DNA from: Stellaceae bacterium
Lineage (GTDB): Bacteria; Pseudomonadota; Alphaproteobacteria; ATCC43930; CGMCC-115725
Reading direction: 5' to 3'
Length of the DNA stretch: 64,000 nt
Assembly: GCA_035605975.1 (NCBI GenBank)
Contig: DATNGG010000167.1
Coordinates: 643 to 64,642, forward strand
This document shows, in pieces, positions 59,128 to 64,000 of this stretch (position 1 is the first letter of the stretch; each line of letters opens with the position of its first letter). A model generated the notes under the pieces. The model was not told the origin of the DNA. It ran no database searches and worked only from the letters and a program-made list of their open reading frames with translations. Made by a program: the position numbers and the translations under genes.

Positions 59128-60212
59128 CAGCGCTCGGCGACGATCTTGATCAATTTTTTCAAATTGTCCTCGATGCCTTTCTCCGCGCTCCACCATTTGA
59201 TGGTGACGTCGCGGAACACGACGCCGCTCTTCTGAAGCGAGGCGATTTCGTCATGGGTGATGGTCTCGGGATAGCTGTCGAGGCCATTGCCGAAGAGATC
59301 GACGAGGATGCGCTTCTGTCCCTCGACCGACGACGCATAGAGGGCGAACAGGATCCCGGCATTGGGGTGGGCGGCGTTCTCGGGGATGCAGAGATAGTCG
59401 TAGCGCCGCATGGCGGCGTCGCGCATGATCTGCAGCCCCAGCACGTCGCGGTACTTCGCGAGATTCTGTTCGGTTCCGGTGCAGTCGATCGCAAGCGCCG
59501 GCACTTCGCCGGAAGCGATCCGATCGGGCTCGCCGCAGCGAAGCAGGCCGCCGATCTGCGCCGAGAATTTGCGCACATAGGCTTCGGTCTTGGGATAGCC
59601 CCAGACATCGCTCGCCACCAGCACATCGAACCCGGCGAGATAGGGCTGGGTATAGATCTTGCCCTTGTATTCCGGCTTCAGCATGTCGGCCGTGGTTTCG
59701 ATCTTGGCGAATTGCGGATAGGTGCGCTTGTTATAGAGGACGCCGGGAAGCCCGGTTGCGATGCGCAGCGCCTGCCCCTCGCCTTCGACGATCTCGGGCG
59801 TGATCCGGCCGGGCGATAACGCCGTCCAGTCGATCTTGCGGAAGAGACCGCGCGTCAGATAGGGCGTGATCTGCACCGCCGTGCCGTAATAGACGTCGGT
59901 CGAGGCCTTTTGCTTTGCTTGCAGCTCGGTATAGAGCCGGCTCGCCATCGGCGCGAAGGACGGGCCCGGCGCATAGGTCGCTTTGAGATCGACGCCGAAC
60001 ATTTTTTTAATCCCGTCGGCCGCCACCTGCGCTCCCTCGGCGGTGCCGAGAATGCCGCCGCCATATTGCAGCGAGAGCGCGCCTTCCGCTTTGGCGCCGT
60101 CGATGATCTTTTGCAGCGCCGCCGGCATTTGCGCCGCGGCCGGTGTCACGATGAGCGCCGGAGCCGCCAAGAGGCTCGCCACCAGCGCCAAAATTCGCAC
60201 ACTTGCCGTCAC
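59127..60212 (-). CDS. ABC transporter substrate-binding protein (family 1, iron(III)/polyamine-like)
   Basis: Signal peptide MTASVRILALVASLLAAPALIVTPAAA. Coupled to the permease gene. Confidence 0.8.
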   Translation of the reverse strand: MTASVRILALVASLLAAPALIVTPAAAQMPAALQKIIDGAKAEGALSLQYGGGILGTAEGAQVAADGIKKMFGVDLKATYAPGPSFAPMASRLYTELQAKQKASTDVYYGTAVQITPYLTRGLFRKIDWTALSPGRITPEIVEGEGQALRIATGLPGVLYNKRTYPQFAKIETTADMLKPEYKGKIYTQPYLAGFDVLVASDVWGYPKTEAYVRKFSAQIGGLLRCGEPDRIASGEVPALAIDCTGTEQNLAKYRDVLGLQIMRDAAMRRYDYLCIPENAAHPNAGILFALYASSVEGQKRILVDLFGNGLDSYPETITHDEIASLQKSGVVFRDVTIKWWSAEKGIEDNLKKLIKIVAER

Positions 60213-60409
60213 TGTCCACCTCCCTGCCTGATCTCGCCGGCTTCCGGCACATTCCGGCCGGTTCGCCCAACAGTAAGAGATGTGACGGCGGATTTGAAGT
60301 CCGATCGCGCGGCGCGCACCATTGACACAGCGTCGGGCGCGCGCCTCTATTCGCTCAACGCAGCAGCGTGCCCGAGGCCAGGGCGCGCGAGCAGAAAGTC
60401 CGCCGCGCC

Positions 60410-62467
60410 ATGAGCTTCACCGTCGCCGTTGATATCGGCGGTACTTTCACGGATCTGGTCGCTTACGATCATCGCACCGGCGAGGTTCGCTCGACCAAGA
60501 GTCCGACGACCTATGGCGATCTCGCGGCCGCGATCTGGGAGTGCCTGCGCAAGGTGCGGATCGAACCGCGCGACGCCGAGTTCGTCTATCACGGCACGAC
60601 GCTCGTCATCAACGCACTGATCCAGCGCCAGGGCGCCAAATGCGCGCTGCTGACGACGCAAGGATTCCGCGACGTGCTCGAAATCGCGCGCGGCAACCGG
60701 CCCGACCCGTTCGATCTGCATTATCGCCGCGACGAGCCTTTGATCCCGCGCGAGCGGCGCTTCGAGATCGCCGAGCGTGTCGCCCCGGATGGGAGCATCC
60801 TGACGCCGCTCGACGAGACGGCGATCGAAACGCTGGTGCCGCGACTGCGCGAGGATGGTATCGAAGCGCTGGCGATCTCCTTCATGAACGCCTATGCCAA
60901 TCCGATCCACGAGGAGCGCGCGGCGGCGCTGTTGCGCGCGCGCTTGCCCGGCCTCTACATTACCCACGGCACGGCGCTGTCGCGCGAATGGTACGAATAT
61001 GAGCGGACCGCGACCGCCGCCGCCAACGCCTATGTCGGACCGCAAGTCGCGGGCTATATCGCCGGCCTCGAGGGCGCGCTGCGCGCCAAAGGTTTTGACG
61101 GCACCGTTTTCATGATGGGCTCCAATGGCGGCGTCGCCTCGACCGAGCGCGCGACGCGCCAGCCGATCCTCCTCGTCGAATCAGGGCCGATCGGCGGCTG
61201 TATCGGCGCCGCCTCTCTCGCCGAGACGCTGGGCTTTGCCAATGTCATCGCCTTCGACATGGGCGGCACGACCGCGAAATGCGCGCTGGTCGAGGACGGG
61301 CGCTTCTCGGTCGATCTGATTTATTACGCCGGCGGCTATATCAAGGGCTTTCCCATCAAATCGCCGGTGATCGACATCATCGAGGTGGGCTCGGGCGGCG
61401 GCTCGATCGCATGGCTCGATGAGGAGCAGCGCCTTCATGTCGGACCGCGCTCGGCGGGATCCAGCCCCGGTCCCGTCGCCTATGGGCGCGGCGGCACCGA
61501 GCCAACCGTGACCGACGCCAATCTCGTGCTCGGCCGCCTCGATCCGACGCGCTTCCTTGGCGGCGAATTGGCGCTCGACGCGGAGGCGGCGCGGCGGGCC
61601 ATTCTCGCGCAAATCGCCGAGCCGCTTGGCTATTCGGGCGATCGCGGCCTCGTCGACATGGCGGAGGGAATTCTCTCGATCGCCACCGTGACGATGGCCG
61701 GCGCGATCCGCCGGCTTACCATCGAGCATGGCCGCGATCCGCGCGATTTCGTGCTGTTCAGCTATGGCGGCGGCGGTCCGCTCCATGCCAATGCGCTGGC
61801 GCGCGAATTGTCGATCCCGATGGTCGTCGTACCGCGAGAGCCCGGCAATTTCTCCGCCTCGGGCATGGCGATGGCGGATGCGCGGCTCGACACCTCGCAA
61901 ACCTTCGTCGGCGATCTCGGTGAAGCATCGCTCGCCAAGATGATGGCGGCCTATTCGGCGATGGAAGCCGAGACGCGCACGGCGATCGAGCGCGAGATCG
62001 GCCAGGGCGAAATCCTGTTTGAGCGCGCCGCGGAAATGCGCTATCGCGGCCAACGCCACAACATCAAGGTGCCGATCGGCGCGCTGAGCGACCCCGCGGG
62101 TCTGCGCGACGCCTTCGACCGCGACTATCGCCGGCGCTACGGTCACGCCGATCAACGCGCCAAGGTCGAGGTGCAGGCCTTGCACCTCTCGGCGATTGCC
62201 CGGCTTGCGCGGCACGGAGGGGCGCTCGCAGCGCCGCGCGACAGCCGCGGCGGGCGGCGGACGCGGGCGGTCTATTTCGGCAAGGCCACCGGGCAACTCG
62301 AGACGGCGATCTTCGATCGCGCGGCGCTGGCTCCGGGCTTCTCGGCCGAAGGCCCGGCGATCATCGAAGAATATGGCTCGACCACCGTGATCCTGCCGGG
62401 CGATCGTTTTGAGATCGGCGCTCGCGGCGAGATTCGCATCCATGTCGGGCCGCGGAGGGAGCCATGA
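60410..62467 (+). CDS. Hydantoinase/oxoprolinase family protein, A subunit (HyuA-like)
   Basis: MSFTVAVDIGGTFTDLV... plus ..VIAFDMGGTTAKCALVEDG.. and ..SPGPVAYGRGGTEPTVTDANLVLG. Confidence 0.9.
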   Translation: MSFTVAVDIGGTFTDLVAYDHRTGEVRSTKSPTTYGDLAAAIWECLRKVRIEPRDAEFVYHGTTLVINALIQRQGAKCALLTTQGFRDVLEIARGNRPDPFDLHYRRDEPLIPRERRFEIAERVAPDGSILTPLDETAIETLVPRLREDGIEALAISFMNAYANPIHEERAAALLRARLPGLYITHGTALSREWYEYERTATAAANAYVGPQVAGYIAGLEGALRAKGFDGTVFMMGSNGGVASTERATRQPILLVESGPIGGCIGAASLAETLGFANVIAFDMGGTTAKCALVEDGRFSVDLIYYAGGYIKGFPIKSPVIDIIEVGSGGGSIAWLDEEQRLHVGPRSAGSSPGPVAYGRGGTEPTVTDANLVLGRLDPTRFLGGELALDAEAARRAILAQIAEPLGYSGDRGLVDMAEGILSIATVTMAGAIRRLTIEHGRDPRDFVLFSYGGGGPLHANALARELSIPMVVVPREPGNFSASGMAMADARLDTSQTFVGDLGEASLAKMMAAYSAMEAETRTAIEREIGQGEILFERAAEMRYRGQRHNIKVPIGALSDPAGLRDAFDRDYRRRYGHADQRAKVEVQALHLSAIARLARHGGALAAPRDSRGGRRTRAVYFGKATGQLETAIFDRAALAPGFSAEGPAIIEEYGSTTVILPGDRFEIGARGEIRIHVGPRREP

Positions 62468-62473
62468 AAGGCG

Positions 62474-64000
62474 ATGCGCATGGATAGCACTCAAGCCTCG
62501 ACCCGCGTCGATCCCGTCACCCTCGAAGTGATCCGACACGGCATCGTCTCGGTCACCGACCAGATCGACGCCAATATCACCCGCACCGCCTTCAGCCCCT
62601 ATATCTATGAATACAAGGACTATGCCGTCGGCATGACGGACGAGACCGGCCGGCTGGTCGCGCAATGCAATGGCGGCATGCCGATCTTCGTCGCCGACGC
62701 CGTCGGCAGCGCGGTGCGCGACGGGTTGAAGCTCTACGGTCCCGAGCGGCTGCACGAGGGCGACGTCATCATCTGCAATGCGCCCGGCGTCCAGGGCCAG
62801 CATCTCAACAACACGGTGATGTATACGCCGATCTATGCCGGCACGCCGCGCGAGCTCATCGGCTTCTTTGCCGTCAACATGCACTGGATCGACATCGGCG
62901 GCGCCGCGGTCGGCTCCGCCTCCTATTCCTCGACCGATATTTTCATGGAAGGCATTCAGTACCGCACCGTCAAGATCTGGTCGAAAGGCGAGCCGATCGA
63001 GGAGGTACTGCGCATCATCGAAGACAATACGCGCTTTCCTTTGGAGCTGATGGGCGATATCGAGGCGCAACTCGCAGGCTGCCTGTTGGGCCGCGACCTG
63101 ACGCGAAACCTCGCCGAGAAATTCGGCATCGCGACCTATCGCGCGGCGATCGATCTCATTCTCGACCGCTGCGAGGCGGCGATCCGCGCCCGCATCGCCC
63201 GGATTCCCGACGGCGTCTATAGCGCCGAATCCTTCCTCGATAATGACGGCGTGCGCGACATGCGCATTCCGATCAAGATCAAGGTCGTCGTCGCGGGCGA
63301 CGACATGACCATCGACTATTCCGACATTTCGCCCGAGGTTCAGGGCTGCATCAATTCGGGCTATCACGGCGGCGGCGTGACGACGGCGCGCGTCGCCTTC
63401 ATGTATCTCATCGCGGCCGGCGAGCCCGCCAATGAGGGTACGTTTCGTCCGCTGAAGCTCGTGTTGCCGCCGGGCAAGATTGTCAGCGCCAAGCCGACCG
63501 CGCCGATGGGAATGTACGGCACGCCCTTCCCCACCATCGTCGACACCATCATCAAGGCGCTCGAGCCGGCGCTGCCCGAGCGCGTCACCGGCGCGCATTT
63601 CGGCACCTATTCCTCGGTCGGCTTCACCGGCCGCCGGCCCGACGGCTCGTTCTTCAACTGCCATGATTCGGGCCATGGCGGTTGGGGCGCTTGCGCCACC
63701 CATGACGGCGCCGGCCCGTTCCGCACCATGGCGCATGGCGATACGCGCATCATTCCGATGGAGTTGCAGGAGACGCTCTATCCCTACCGCTATGAGCGGC
63801 TGTCGCTACGGCCCGATTCCGGCGGGCCCGGGCGCTTTCGCGGCGGGCTCGGCTTCGTCAAGCATTACCGCATTCTCACCCCATGCGCGCTGCGCACCAA
63901 TCTCGACCGCACCGGCTGCGCGCCGTGGGGCGTGTGCGGCGGCGGAGCGGGCGCAACCGGCCGCGTCACGGTGATGCGCGATGGCGCAAGTATCGATGCC
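62474..64000 (+). CDS. Hydantoinase B/oxoprolinase family protein (HyuB-like), 3' end outside the window
   Basis: Open frame from ATG 62474/62480 to the window end: MRMDSTQASTRVDPVTLEVIRHGIVSVTDQIDANITRTAFSPYIYEYKDYAVGMTD..GDVIICNAP..GQHLNN. It is not in the ORF track because no stop lies inside the window. Confidence 0.85.
   Translation, partial: MRMDSTQASTRVDPVTLEVIRHGIVSVTDQIDANITRTAFSPYIYEYKDYAVGMTDETGRLVAQCNGGMPIFVADAVGSAVRDGLKLYGPERLHEGDVIICNAPGVQGQHLNNTVMYTPIYAGTPRELIGFFAVNMHWIDIGGAAVGSASYSSTDIFMEGIQYRTVKIWSKGEPIEEVLRIIEDNTRFPLELMGDIEAQLAGCLLGRDLTRNLAEKFGIATYRAAIDLILDRCEAAIRARIARIPDGVYSAESFLDNDGVRDMRIPIKIKVVVAGDDMTIDYSDISPEVQGCINSGYHGGGVTTARVAFMYLIAAGEPANEGTFRPLKLVLPPGKIVSAKPTAPMGMYGTPFPTIVDTIIKALEPALPERVTGAHFGTYSSVGFTGRRPDGSFFNCHDSGHGGWGACATHDGAGPFRTMAHGDTRIIPMELQETLYPYRYERLSLRPDSGGPGRFRGGLGFVKHYRILTPCALRTNLDRTGCAPWGVCGGGAGATGRVTVMRDGASIDA

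Noticed and set aside
61181-63736. 851-aa minus-strand ORF, the longest in the track.
   Set aside because: It is antisense to the hydantoinase A and B genes, whose plus-strand translations carry canonical family motifs. The HyuB frame is missing from the track only because it has no stop inside the window.

Overview
High-GC bacterial chromosomal segment. Gene content suggests an alphaproteobacterium (inference only): many orphan NMT1/TauA-type and PF04392-type solute-binding proteins and a cspA-rpsU pair. No rRNA, tRNA or CRISPR array was recognised.

Layout:
- 1-2.5 kb: two decayed IS1380-like remnants flank an atypical pyruvate-kinase-like gene.
- 2.8-4.3 kb: MFS transporter.
- 4.6-8.3 kb: cryptic phage recombination/regulation module (Rad52-like + Gp157-like + XRE, with a perfect operator palindrome and a TTCCCTG repeat cluster).
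- 8.3-10.2 kb: recQ.
- 10-17 kb: small hypothetical genes, fatty-acid desaturase, cspA, rpsU, and decay scars (truncated SBP, duplicated leader, probable frameshift).
- 17-24 kb: minus-strand block of SBP-MarR-GST-GST-ornithine cyclodeaminase-deiodinase-like protein, then a LysR regulator.
- 25-29.6 kb: translationally coupled sensor kinase - receiver - receiver/adenylate cyclase - Crp cascade.
- 29.8-36.7 kb: main finding. A candidate, apparently undescribed MNIO (DUF692)-dependent RiPP operon. It contains an MA-type metallopeptidase and a 105-aa basic precursor ending HSCGCGCGCGS. These are followed by a signal-less PF04392-like protein and a DUF692 enzyme fused to a DUF2063-like partner domain. 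The operon ends with a GT4 glycosyltransferase fused to a PqqD-like RiPP recognition element and a secreted PF04392 binding protein. The last four genes are joined by 4-nt start/stop overlaps.
- 36.7-48.9 kb: FAD monooxygenase, small secreted proteins, DUF2249/beta-propeller protein, orphan SBPs, an Ala/Pro-rich protein, a methyltransferase, an orphan Cache histidine kinase.
- 48.9-64 kb: catabolic island (PhtD-like decarboxylase, 2 class II aldolases, LLM oxidoreductase, 2 amidohydrolase-2 enzymes, CocE/NonD hydrolase, ATPase-less ABC importer, hydantoinase A/B).

Many very long ORFs in the supplied track are antisense artefacts of high GC3 and were rejected. All family assignments come from motif recognition by eye, not from database searches.
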